Shown: positions 32,738-42,581, counted from the first letter of the stretch. The stretch: 64,000 nucleotides of DNA from an uncultured Holophagales bacterium (GCA_963842525.1 CAWJGT010000001.1:384001-448000), one strand, 5' to 3'. The notes: generated by a model not told the origin, from the sequence alone. Numbers and translations are program-made.

Positions 32738-33866
32738 CTACGAGGCGAGTTCCAAAATTCCTAACCTTTCCAGCTCTTCCACCGCGGCCTCGACCTGGGA
32801 TTCGACGGGACGGGCCGGAGCTGACAGGAGCTGCTTCCATTCCGCCAGACACTCGCACGTCAATCCGTCCAGGACCCGCGCGTCCTGTGTCAGGTTGAAA
32901 TTCTGGATGACCTCCAGGGCGGCCGGAGTGCATCGTTCACAGTTGCTCGGCTCTTTGGTGGATCGCGGATAGACGACGCTGCCCCCGGCGAGCACCTCGC
33001 CGGACGGCTGGAGAGATCGCAGGACTTCGATCAGGCTCCACAACCGTGGTGGCTGGTGGAGGTTCTGCCTCCAGAGGAGATGGGCCAGCGTACCCTCCTG
33101 GACCGTCAGCGGCTCGACAGATACGGCGTCCGTTCCGCAACTGAATGCGAATCGACCGGTATCGATCGCCTCCTGCACGGCGGTCCGCTCGTCCAGAAAA
33201 GGAGGCTTCAAGACGATGTAGGTCGAGCCCGGGCGCCCGTTTCGAGGATGACAAGAAAAATGCGATAGGTCGGCTGCGGCGTCGAGCTTGTTCAGACAGA
33301 GGGCCCTGACATTGGCGTCGACCGAATCGAAGCCCAGCCCAACTACGAGCTCGATCGAGCCGAGATCCTCCCGGGCGGACCGGATCGCATCCAGCCGGAT
33401 CAGCTCGGGGCGGCACTCCACCACCAACCGCTGGACGACCCCACACCGGGCGATCTCCTGAAGGACCTGGGACCGCACCCCGGCATCCAAGCTCCTGATC
33501 GTCGAAGAACGATCCCGCCACGTACAGGCAGAGGACCGGACACTCGCTCCGAGCCACGCGGTCGGAGCTGGGTCCGAAAGCTCGCGAGGGCCACCCCCCA
33601 GCTCAGCTTGCGGTCCCACAGGCCATCCTTGATGAGCCCGCAGTGCGTGCAGGTGTCGGTCGGCCGAAACCGGCGAGCAGCCCCACGTAGGGAGCGCCGC
33701 CGACTTCCCGCTGAGTCACTTCTCCTCGGAAACGGGTTGGAAGAATCGAGAACGTCTCGAGCTGCTGAAAATCCGGGGATGCCGACTTGGGCTCCAGCCG
33801 GACGGCTGTCGCAACCAGCCTGCGGACCCGCCCGAGGAGATCGCGGTTTACGCGCTTGTCAACCAC
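32738..33866 (-). CDS. Radical SAM enzyme related to archaeosine-synthesis RaSEA (TIGR01210 family), frameshifted
   Basis: Reconstructed LPTWGC...TCTHCG; YVAGSFFDDQE; VECRPE; YIVLKPPFLDE; VQEGTL..LW....PPRLWS; NCERC; CEC..EW. Confidence 0.78.
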
Positions 33867-34737
33867 GGGGGAGCCAGTCCCAACTCGACGAGGAAATATT
33901 TCTGCTCCTCCTGAAGACGATCGAAGATCACCTGGAACTTCACCTGACGCTGCGGATCGAAGTCCCTGATGAGGCCCGCGATGTAGCCCATCTCGTCCTC
34001 CAGATAGCCCTTCAGGATCTCGGACCCGCGGTTCATATCGCCGCCGATCTTCTGCAGGAAGATGACGGTGTTGAAATTGGCGATCTCGACGTCCTCGTAA
34101 TAATCCCGGATGTCGTCGAAGACCTCTCGTACCTGATCGATCCGCTTGAACACGGCCATCTCTTGTCGATATCCCGGGATCTCGAAGAGACGCAGGAGCA
34201 GCCGGCGCAGCATTCGAGGTCGGCCGATTTGAGCCCCAGGATCGAGAGGATCTCTTCCTTGGAATACTGTCCTTGCCCCGGAGACTCCCGCCGCTCCTTT
34301 TGCAGGTAGGTGACGACCTGGCTCACGCAACGGTGGATCTCAGGGTCGAGGAGATCGTGGTCCTCCAGAAAGCTGATGATCCTCTGGCCCACCCGGTCGA
34401 GGTCCGGTCCATTCGCAGGAGTGGGGCCGAGGCTCTCCTGCTCGACGTTGATGTCCATCTCGTACACGATCGTCTGCACGTAGGTCAGCCAGGTGAGCGC
34501 ACGCAGGAAGCGGTCGAGCTGGACCTCGTGGAAGTCGATGGCAAATTCCTTCATATCGAAGGCGAAGGTGTGGAAGATCTTGCGCAGGACGTAGAAGTGT
34601 TCCCGCAGGAAGGCGTCGTGGTACTGCTGAAACGACTCGGACGGGCTCTCGGGAGCCTCGGTGAGATACGGAAAAGACTCCGCCTTGCGGTCGATGAGGG
34701 TCGCCTCTCCCTTGCCGAAGATCTCCTTGTCGATCAT
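33848..34737 (-). CDS. Class I isoprenoid/terpene-synthase-fold protein (prenyltransferase-like), frameshift near 34215
   Basis: Helical acidic protein; YEMDINVE, LKSAD and FDDIRDYYEDVEIANFN (DDxxDxxED motif). Confidence 0.6.
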
Positions 34738-35545
34738 GGCTCGGTTCTCTCTCCCTGTCCTGCATCACGGATCATCCCGGCGATCTCGATCTCCAGCTTG
34801 ACGAACTCGGGGAGAGTCTTGGAGGCGAGCTTCCTCGGGCGGCCGAATGGCACGATGATTTGGTTCTTGAGGCGGCTTGGACGGGCGGTGGAGACGTAGA
34901 TCCGGTCGGCGAGGAAGAGCGCTTCCTCGATGTCGTGTGTCACGAAGATCACCGTGACGCGCATTCTCGCTCCAGACGTTCAACAGGAGCTCCTGCATGC
35001 GCCAGCACGTGTCCGCGTCGAGGGCGCCGAAAGGCTCATCCATGAGAAGGACTTCCGGTTGGTTAGCCATGGTCCTGGCAATGGCGACGCGCTGCTTCAT
35101 CCCCCCGGAGAGCTCTTTGGGGTACTTGTTCGAAAGGCGAGGAGGCCTGTGGCGCGAAGATAGCGCTCCACGGTCTCTCTGCGCTTTTCCTCGGGCTCTT
35201 CCCGGAGGCGCAGACCGAATTCAATGTTCTTCTCGACGGTGAGCCAGGGGAACGAAGTGTAGGATTGAAAGACCATGCCGCGATCGCGCCCTGGAGCGTC
35301 GACCCGGATGGCGTCGATGTAGACGTTGCCGCTCGTCGAGTTCCTCGAGCCCAGCTACGATGCGAAGGAGCGTGCTCTTGCCGCAGCCGGAAGGGCCAAG
35401 GATGACGAGGAACTCACCTTCCCGGACGACGAAATCGGCGTTCTCCACGGCGGCGACCGACTGGCCGTTGGGTCTGACGTACGTCTTAGTGACGTTGGTC
35501 GACCTTGATTTTGATCTCTTCGTGGATGTTCAAGGGATGGCTCAT
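34734..35545 (-). CDS. NitT/TauT-family ABC ATPase (frameshifted)
   Basis: [51 protein letters not shown]. Confidence 0.88.
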
Positions 35546-36763
35546 TCCTTCCACGGCGAGACGAGCCGGGTCAGGATTCGGAAGCCGAGATCGGTGAGCA
35601 CACCTATGATCCCGATGACAAGGATACCCGCGATCACCACGCCTGTCTGAAGGAATCTCTGCGCCTCGATGATGCGGAACCCGATCCCGACCTGGGCCGC
35701 CACGAGTTCCGCGGCAATAAGATAGGTCCAAGCGGCGCCGATCATGGCGCGCAGACTTTCGAGAATCCCGGGGAGCGCCGCCGGCGTGACCACTCGGAAG
35801 AGCACCTGCCTGCGGGTTGCCCCGAGTGTGTATGCCGTCTCGATGAGCTCGCTGCGTACCTCCGCGGCGCAGGCGGCAATGAGGACGAGCAGATAGAAGA
35901 ACACGCCCAGGAAGATGATGGCGATTTTTTGCGAGTGGCCGATCCCAAGCCAGAGGATGATGAGGGGAATGAAAGCCGACGCCGGCATGTAGCGAAGGAA
36001 GGCACAAAAAGGGTTCACGAAAGCCTCGATGGGTCCGAAGCTTCCCATGAGGATTCCCAGGGGAATGGCGACGGCTGACGCCAGCGCGAACGCGGTCATG
36101 ACTCGGAAGATGCTGGCACCGATATCGCTCCAGAACCTCGGTTCGGTGAGGAGGTCTGCCAGGACGTATAAGACGTCCTGTGGAGAAGGCAGGAAGATCT
36201 GGTTGATCATCCCAAATTCGGTCAGAGCCCACCAGAGGAACAGGGGGAGAGCGAAGGCCAGTGTACCCAGCAGGGACCCTTCTTCCGCGGGAGAGCCGGT
36301 GTCTAAACTCGAAGGTCGACGGTCCAAAGGACCGGGGCTGAAGGCAGCGGACGAGGCGTTCCACCTTCTCCTTGGAGGCGGGCTTGGTAATCCATCCCGC
36401 CATGCCGATCTCGCCGGAGCGCTCCAGCACGTCGTAAGTGTTCCCGTTCATTCCCCACCCATGCCCCGTGATCGGAACGGACTTCGTGGAGGGGCAGATC
36501 TTCCTGATCTCCTCCATGAGGCCCAACCCTGCCAGGGGCGTCGGGGTGGGATCGGACCGGTCGACGGGGAGGGCCATGTCGACGACCGCCGCCAGCGGAG
36601 CCGGGCGGCCCTTTTCGGTGGCCGCTAGCAGATAGTCGAGAGCGGACTCGCAGTCATAGACGCGAACGGGGCGCAGGCCGGCCTTCTCGAAAAGGCTCTC
36701 GAGGTCGAGGGTCCGGTCGTCGTCGACGATCAAGACTTCCTGCGATTTTCTCCGCAATCCCAT
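35542..36763 (-). CDS. Receiver domain fused to NitT/TauT ABC permease (one frameshift near 36278)
   Basis: REC (VLIVDDD, VVDMALP, PITG, ITKP) reads without a stop into FEFRHRLSRGRR, then LLGTLAF...FLPSP...ELIETAYTLGA...AWTYLIAAE. Confidence 0.78.
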
Positions 36764-36798
36764 CGGCTCTCCTCCCTAGGCGAGATGCGAGCTCTGGA

Positions 36799-37803
36799 TC
36801 ACTGAGGTTTCTGGCTCTCCGCCAAGAGGCTCGTGTCCACGAACTCCTCCGGGGCTACGGCAGTCTTCACCAGTCCTTCGGTTGTCCAGACCTTGCCGGC
36901 CGCGGTGAACACGCGCGCAAATTCACTCGGAGAACCTCCTACCCCGAAGTACTTCGTATTCTCCGGATAGTCCGCCAAGCGAATGCCGCCGAGGATGGCG
37001 TTCCAGTCGGCAAGAGGAAGGTTCAGGTTCTTTGCCATCAACTTGTTGGACTCGTCAGGATGCTCTTTCATATAGTCGAGAGCGGCAAACCACCCACGGA
37101 TGAATTTCTTGAAGTCTTCACGGCGGGTCTGGAGGGCCCTCTTGTTCGCCACCACGATGTCGGAGATCAGACCGGGAGCCATCTCCTTGGTCGTGAGCAG
37201 CACGTGCCCTCCCTCCCTCTCCGCCGCCTTGCTGAGCCAGGGCTCCCAGGTGACGGCCGCGTCCACTTTTCCGGCCACGAAAGCGGCTCCGGCCTCCCCC
37301 GCTTCCATGTAGTTGACTTGGAGGTCGCCGCTCTTGAGCCCGTTCTTTTCCAGGGCGTCGAGGAGGAGGAAATGGGAAGGCATGCCCTGGGGAAAGGCCA
37401 CCGACCTGCCCTTGAGGTCGGCAACGGTCTTGATGTCCTTGGCGGCGATGATCCCATCTCCCCCGAAGGAATCGTCGGTCTTCAGAATGGCGATCGCCGG
37501 AAGGCCGGCGGCGGCGGCATTGGCGAAATCGTCCACGGTCGCTGCCATCGCCTGAATCGAGCCCTGAGCAAGGGCGGCCCGGCGCCCCGCAGCATCGTCG
37601 AGGATCTGGATGTCGACCTGGAGACCATCGAACAGGCCCTTGTCGCGGGCGAGGAAGAATGGACCAGAGCCGACCCAGGTGACGACTCCGATGGTGAGCG
37701 GCTCCGGGTTCGGTTTGTCAGGTGTGGTGCAAGCGGCCAACCCGAGGAGACAAAGCAGGACGAGTGCTACCGAGGCGACGGCAAAAGTCATTACGCGTTT
37801 CAT
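36799..37803 (-). CDS. ABC substrate-binding lipoprotein, SsuA/THI5/NMT1 family
   Basis: Lipobox LAAC; TWVGSGPFFLARDKG; DDSFGGDGI; DLKGRSVA; VDAAVTWEPW. Confidence 0.92.
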   Translation of the reverse strand: MKRVMTFAVASVALVLLCLLGLAACTTPDKPNPEPLTIGVVTWVGSGPFFLARDKGLFDGLQVDIQILDDAAGRRAALAQGSIQAMAATVDDFANAAAAGLPAIAILKTDDSFGGDGIIAAKDIKTVADLKGRSVAFPQGMPSHFLLLDALEKNGLKSGDLQVNYMEAGEAGAAFVAGKVDAAVTWEPWLSKAAEREGGHVLLTTKEMAPGLISDIVVANKRALQTRREDFKKFIRGWFAALDYMKEHPDESNKLMAKNLNLPLADWNAILGGIRLADYPENTKYFGVGGSPSEFARVFTAAGKVWTTEGLVKTAVAPEEFVDTSLLAESQKPQ

Positions 37804-37874
37804 TGCATCCTCCCGGACAGTGTGCGTTCACGTCGTGGAGCTCGCTCTCTCGGAGTACTGCTGCCGTCGCCTGG

Positions 37875-37890
37875 AGCAAAGCAGGTGCCA
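37875..37890 (-). promoter_or_regulatory. Sigma54 (-24/-12) promoter
   Basis: Minus strand TGGCACCTGCTTTGCT (GG-N10-GC), about 70 nt upstream of the binding-protein ATG. Confidence 0.8.
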
Positions 37891-37945
37891 TGCCCGTCCT
37901 GGGGCCATTCTCGTAGGGAGACGGGGCCCCCGGTGACGCTTTCAT

Positions 37946-37979
37946 CTACAGATTTTGATCCAGGCACTACAGAATCTGA
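37946..37979. promoter_or_regulatory. Direct repeat, candidate upstream activator site
   Basis: CTACAGATTTTGA at 37946 and CTACAGAATCTGA at 37967, 21-bp periodicity. Confidence 0.4.
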
Positions 37980-37983
37980 GCCG

Positions 37984-38316
37984 CTACTCCTCCCACTCGA
38001 AGGCCTCGAAACCCTTCTCGTCCTCCCCGTCGGCCGGAAGCTTCACCTGCCAAGTCACCCGATAGAGCGGTTCAACCCGGAGGCGCTCCACGACGACCAG
38101 CTTGACCTCCCGAGCCGAGGGCGCCTCGGAGGCCCGACGCCCGAGGGCGAGAAAACCTTCCAGGTCGAATGGCTCCTTCGCACTCTGGCCGCCGTGTTCC
38201 ACATAGATAAGGACAGGGTCCGGCGAGAGCCAGCGCCCTTCGAGGGAGCGCAGGGCCTGCCAGAGGCCGGGGCCGGCGGCGGTGAGCTCTCCTTCCTTTC
38301 TTTGCTCACCTCGAAG
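37984..38316 (-). pseudogene. Orphan diverged duplicate of the 3' end of the 40116-41253 gene
   Basis: HGGQSAKEPFDLEGFLALGRRASEAPS matches the protein encoded at 40116-40446. Confidence 0.88.
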
Positions 38317-38531
38317 CTCCTGACACCCGCCCTCGGAGAAAGTCCAGTGCTTCCGGAATCTGAGGCCGGCTCGTGCTCGAGGGTATGAGGCCAGGTGAAG
38401 CCCAGAACGTCGGGTTCGAGAGCGCCCGTATGGTTGTATGTATCAGCGCTAGGACCTCGCGCCGATGCTTGACCCGATAGACAGTCACGGCACGGGCCTC
38501 TCCGAGGAATCGCATGCGCTCGACGAGAAGG

Positions 38532-38661
38532 TTGGAGACGGCTCTACCTGGATACGGAAACAGGGGAGCCCCACATCTACAGGCATGGCGTGACGGAGCA
38601 AGAGGTTGATCTGGCTGGTAAGGCCTTGGCTGCCTACCGGCGACGTAGGAGGCATCGATGA
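38532..38661 (+). pseudogene. Internally deleted toxin remnant (BrnT/DUF4258-like)
   Basis: LYLDTETGEPHIYRHGVTEQEV joined directly to DLAGKALAAYRRRRRHR; stop overlaps the next ATG. Confidence 0.55.
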
Positions 38662-38888
38662 AGACCAATGACTTTCCCGCTGGCTGGGATGAACAGCGCA
38701 TCCGGGAGCTGACTCAATACTACGAGAGCCAGACGGACGAGGAGGCCGCCGTCGAGCATGAGGCCGCCCTGTCCAGCCAGACCGGGACGCTCATGGAGGT
38801 TCCAACCGAGTTGGTACCACTCGTTCGGGACCTCATCGCCAGACACCGGCGAGTGCGCGAGAAACGGCCGCCAGCTTCGAATCGCTGA
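38658..38888 (+). CDS. Putative antitoxin
   Basis: FPAGWDEQRIREL..YYESQTDEEAAVE...MEVPTELVPLVRDLIA; AGGAGG RBS; coupled to toxin remnant. Confidence 0.65.
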   Translation: MKTNDFPAGWDEQRIRELTQYYESQTDEEAAVEHEAALSSQTGTLMEVPTELVPLVRDLIARHRRVREKRPPASNR

Positions 38889-38984
38889 AGCTCCCGATAG
38901 GCGCCCCAGAGGTGCCAGGCGTTTCCTCGGCACACCTGGCCATCCGAGGGACTCCGGCGGCCTCCGAAGACCTCGCGCTCAGGC

Positions 38985-39311
38985 TCAGCGGCGGTGTCGC
39001 AGCTCCTCCTCGATTCGTTCTGCAAGAAAGATCTTCAGGAGAGACTGGTAAGGGACATCCCGTTTGTTGGCAAGCATCTTCAAGCTCTCGAGCAGCGACT
39101 CCGGAAGGCGCAGAGAGATCGTCCGGGTTGACGGCTTGAGCCGGGAGAAGACAACGGGCCTGGCGCGGCTCCAGTCGACATGCTCAGTCGAATCGTGGGT
39201 CGCCCAGAACTCCCGCTCTTCGTCCTCCGTCTCAACTTCGGGATCGGCTTCAAACTCCTGCGCTCTGCCGCCATCCCACTCGAATTCCGTGGCCTCGGCC
39301 CCGTCACCCAT
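38985..39311 (-). CDS. BrnA/CopG-like antitoxin (N-terminus probably frameshifted)
   Basis: EDEEREFWATHDSTEHVDWS...TRTISLRLPESLL..LK.LANKRDVPYQSLLK. Confidence 0.75.
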   Translation of the reverse strand: MGDGAEATEFEWDGGRAQEFEADPEVETEDEEREFWATHDSTEHVDWSRARPVVFSRLKPSTRTISLRLPESLLESLKMLANKRDVPYQSLLKIFLAERIEEELRHRR

Positions 39312-39479
39312 GGCACCTCCTCACCTAGCATACGATGGTTATATACAGAGTCAAGGCAGAGTTGCAGAGCCATCCGAGCGCTTACGATACGAGCTTGGGA
39401 AGGAGGGCTCGGATGACCCAACAGGAGCTCGAGGCCGAGGAGCAGCTTCGGCAGGTGGCTTGGCAAGTCCTGATGATGC

Positions 39480-39614
39480 GCGAGTGCCTCGGAGCTTCTT
39501 GGAGTCGGATGGGCGCGGCTCCTGTGCGAGCCGGTCGATGTGCTGGCCGACGAGCCGCGCGTAGTCTTTGGGCAGAGCGCCTGCGCAGCTCCTCTCGTCC
39601 TCCCCCGGCTTCAC
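39480..39614 (-). pseudogene. RelE/ParE toxin N-terminal remnant
   Basis: LPKDYARLVGQHIDRLAQEPRPSDSKKLRG; a RelE-like C-terminal VYRVKHRREV lies near 38455-38500 on the same strand. Confidence 0.55.
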
Positions 39615-39745
39615 TTGGTTCCGCGGAGGGCCGTGCTATCCTGTGGTCGTCGGCAAGAGGGAATGGGAGGCTCGCTTTCTCCTTCCTTTTGCTGGCGATG
39701 CACGATAGGATTCTCTGCAGGAACGACTCCGAACGGGAGCACGCC

Positions 39746-40100
39746 ATGAGCCAGCCAGCCGTTGCGGCGCTTGCGCCTCTGCCCTTCGAGCTCGTCTACA
39801 GCGACGGGATACCCTTGGAGACCGAGTGGCACGCCACGCAGTTCCCCTTCCTCATAGAAGTGATCTGCCAGGCCATGGCAGAGCAGGGGAGGACCGACTT
39901 TTACGTCAGCGGGGACATGTTCGTGTACTACTCGGTGGAGCAGGCCTGGGCCGTCAAGAAGGGGCGGCGCTACTTCCGCGGCCCGGACGTCTTCTGGGTG
40001 GGCGGCGTCGACCGTCATCTGCGCAAGGCATGGGTGTCGTGGGAGGAGGGCGGCCGGCTTCCGGACGTCATCATCGAGCTGCTATCCCCTTCGACCGAGG
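39746..40100 (+). pseudogene. Uma2-family (DUF820) endonuclease, 3' truncated
   Basis: YSDGIPLETEWH, GDMFVYY, GPDVFWV, WEEGGRLPDVIIELLSPST, then similarity stops. Confidence 0.78.
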
Positions 40101-40115
40101 AGGGGCGGGGCTTCT

Positions 40116-41253
40116 CTATCCTTCCCAGTCAAAGCTCTCGAAGTCCTGATCCTCCCCGTCGGCCGGCGGCTTCACCCGGAAGGTGACCCGGTACATCGGC
40201 TCCACGCGCAGGTGCTCCTCGATGGCCAGCCTCACTTCCCGGTCCGAGGGCGCCTCGGAAGCCCGGCGCCCCAGGGCAAGGAAACCCTCCAGGTCGAAAG
40301 GCTCCTTCGCGCTCTGGCCGCCGTGGGCTACATAAATAAGGACGGGGTCCGGCGAGAGCCAGCGGCCTTGCAGGGAGCGCAGAGCCTGCCAGAGGCCGGG
40401 GCCGACGGCGGTCAGCTCTCCTTCCTTGTCTTTGCTCACCTCGAAGTCCTCCGGCGACTCCAGCGGAGCGTCCGGGAGGCGGATGGTCAGCGTGGCGGGG
40501 AAGGGGTCGTAGACGAGGTGCGAGATCTCGTCCGGCGAGTGGTCCGAGCCCTTGGGGACCAGGAGGACGTCCCAGACCTTCTCCATGGCGTCTTTCAGTC
40601 TGTTCACCCGCTCCTGCTCCTGATCGAACGGTCGCCGAGGCTCTCCCGCTCGTCGTCCGGCAACAGGTCCTTGAAGAGGGCGCCGAAGCACTCGCGGGCC
40701 CGGTCGGGCCGGTCGTCGAGGTAGCGGTAGAGGTCCTCTCCCGCGGCCAGGTAGTCGGATACGCGGCCGGTCCATTCGTCCAGGGTGCGCTGCATGTCCT
40801 GCCGTTGCCGCCGCGAGGCTCGGGACGGCGATCCGGGCGTCAGGACCAGCTCGGCGATGTCGCCGCGGATCTCGTAGGTGACGTTCAAGGAGGTGTCGTT
40901 GAAGAAGCGCCGGAGGCTCTCGGGCTCCACCAGGGCGGAGCGGGTCCCCTTGTGCAGCTCGCCCAGGCGCTTTTCCCAGGAGAACCGCTCGGCCGCGGGC
41001 TCCATGGTGGCGAAGCGCTGGCTCCAGGGGTCCCAACCCTCCAGCACGGCCTGCCGGGTCTGGGCGATCCGCCGCTCCAGGGCCGGGTTTTTCTCCGTCT
41101 CCCGCGCCGTGATCTCGACCGTGCTGGTCAGGAGCACCGCGCCGTTGGGCAGGAACCGGACCGCAGCGTTTCGGTGACCGGCGGCTCGAAGCAGGCAACG
41201 AGAACCAGAGCGACGGCCAGCGGGGCCAGGAAGCGCAGATGACGGGGGAGCAT
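40116..41253 (-). CDS. Hypothetical lipoprotein (frameshifted)
   Basis: MLPRHLRFLAPLAVALVLVAC lipobox; continues through ORF 40604-41137 and the C-terminus of the 40116 frame. Confidence 0.7.
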
Positions 41254-41268
41254 GGCGGGATTATAGGA

Positions 41269-41305
41269 GCCTCACCCCCTGGCCCCCTCTCCCATCGCCC
41301 CACCT
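41269..41305. repeat. Left arm only of the palindromic element
   Basis: GCCTCACCCCCTGGCCCCCTCTCCCATCGC. Confidence 0.75.
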
Positions 41306-41339
41306 TCCACCTCTCCGCGCCTATCCACGCCGCTTCGGC

Positions 41340-42581
41340 ATGACGGTCGGCGATTACGTTCGCGCTCTCCGTCTCGACTACGCCGCGCGCAATCCCTACG
41401 CGTTGCCTTCGCTCGCGCGCCTCGCGAAAACGGCCGATGTGATTCTCCTCGACCAGCGCGGCATCGGCATGTCTTCGCCGCGGCCGGTTTGTGCCGCGAA
41501 ACCTCTCGAGCCGCAGGCGCGCTTCGCTCCTTCCTCCGAGATGATGCCTCGCATCCTCGCCGAAACGCGTGCGTGCGTCGAGGAGTGGAAGGCGAAAGGC
41601 GTGGACGTTGCCGGTTTCACGGTCGCCGAAAGCGCTGCGGATGTCGACGACCTCCGCCGTGCTCTCGGAGCAGCGAGGATCAGCCTGATGGGCCACAGCT
41701 ACGGTACCCATCTCGCGCTTGCGGTGATCCGTGCGTACGGCGATACGGTGGAGCGCGCCGCTCTCCTCGGCACCGCGGGCCCGGCCGAGATGCGCAAGCT
41801 GCCTTTTGTGCTGGACACTCAACTGGCGAAGCTTTCCATGCTCGCACGCGAGGACCAGTCCATCGGTGCGGAAGTCCCCGACATGACCGCGCTGCTCCGC
41901 CGCGTCCTGGCGAAGCTGGAGCGGGAGCCGATGGCGGTGACGATTACCGATCGCTCGCGCCAGGAGAAGGTTCAGGTCCGCATTGGGCCACAGGCGCTGC
42001 AGCGCATCCTGGTGGCGGACATCGGCGATGGCAACGACTTTCCCGTCTTCCCGGCGCTGCTCTTGACCATCGAGCGCGGCGACCCGTCGATCCTCGCCTG
42101 GTTCGTGGACAAGCGATACAACCAGGTCTCTGGGCCGAACCTCATGGCGTATGGAATGCGCTGCTCGGCCGGCGCAACTGCGAGCCGTGATCGCGAAATC
42201 GACCGTCAGGCGCAGCTCTCGATTCTGGGCAACGCGCTGAATGGACCCTATCCTGCGGTTTGTGATGTGCTCCCCGGCATCGATCTGGGCGACGATGTCC
42301 GTAAGCCGTTCGTCTCGAACGTTCCCGTGCTGTTCATCTCCGGGACGCTGGACAGCAACACGCCGCCGTATCAGGCGGAGCAGGTGCGCTGGGGTATGCC
42401 GCGCTCTACGCACCTCATCGTGCCGAATGCGGGCCATGAGGACCTCGAGCCGAACGAAGAGGTGCAGGCGGCGATCGCCGATTACTTCGCAGGCAAGGAC
42501 ATCGCCTCGCGGCAGATCGCGCTGCCCGTGCCGGACTTCAGAAGCGTGGACGAGGCAAAGAGGGAGCGGCGTCTGGAGTAA
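41340..42581 (+). CDS. Alpha/beta hydrolase (TAP-like peptidase), N-terminus replaced by an AraC-like fragment
   Basis: LLDQRGIG, GHSYG nucleophile, ISGTLDSNTP, NAGH. Confidence 0.8.
   Translation: MTVGDYVRALRLDYAARNPYALPSLARLAKTADVILLDQRGIGMSSPRPVCAAKPLEPQARFAPSSEMMPRILAETRACVEEWKAKGVDVAGFTVAESAADVDDLRRALGAARISLMGHSYGTHLALAVIRAYGDTVERAALLGTAGPAEMRKLPFVLDTQLAKLSMLAREDQSIGAEVPDMTALLRRVLAKLEREPMAVTITDRSRQEKVQVRIGPQALQRILVADIGDGNDFPVFPALLLTIERGDPSILAWFVDKRYNQVSGPNLMAYGMRCSAGATASRDREIDRQAQLSILGNALNGPYPAVCDVLPGIDLGDDVRKPFVSNVPVLFISGTLDSNTPPYQAEQVRWGMPRSTHLIVPNAGHEDLEPNEEVQAAIADYFAGKDIASRQIALPVPDFRSVDEAKRERRLE

Larger units (their letters stand above)
20400..37980. other. Accessory island of two convergent operons (signalling; transport and biosynthesis); boundaries approximate
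   Basis: Visibly more A/T-ending codons than the flanks (judged by eye), mostly unusual gene content, no copies of the palindromic repeat. Confidence 0.65.

Noticed and set aside
32738-33866. Calling this gene a true archaeosine synthase or part of a 7-deazaguanine DNA modification system
   Set aside because: No tgt/dpdA, arcS or queCDE genes in the window; only family-level similarity is supported
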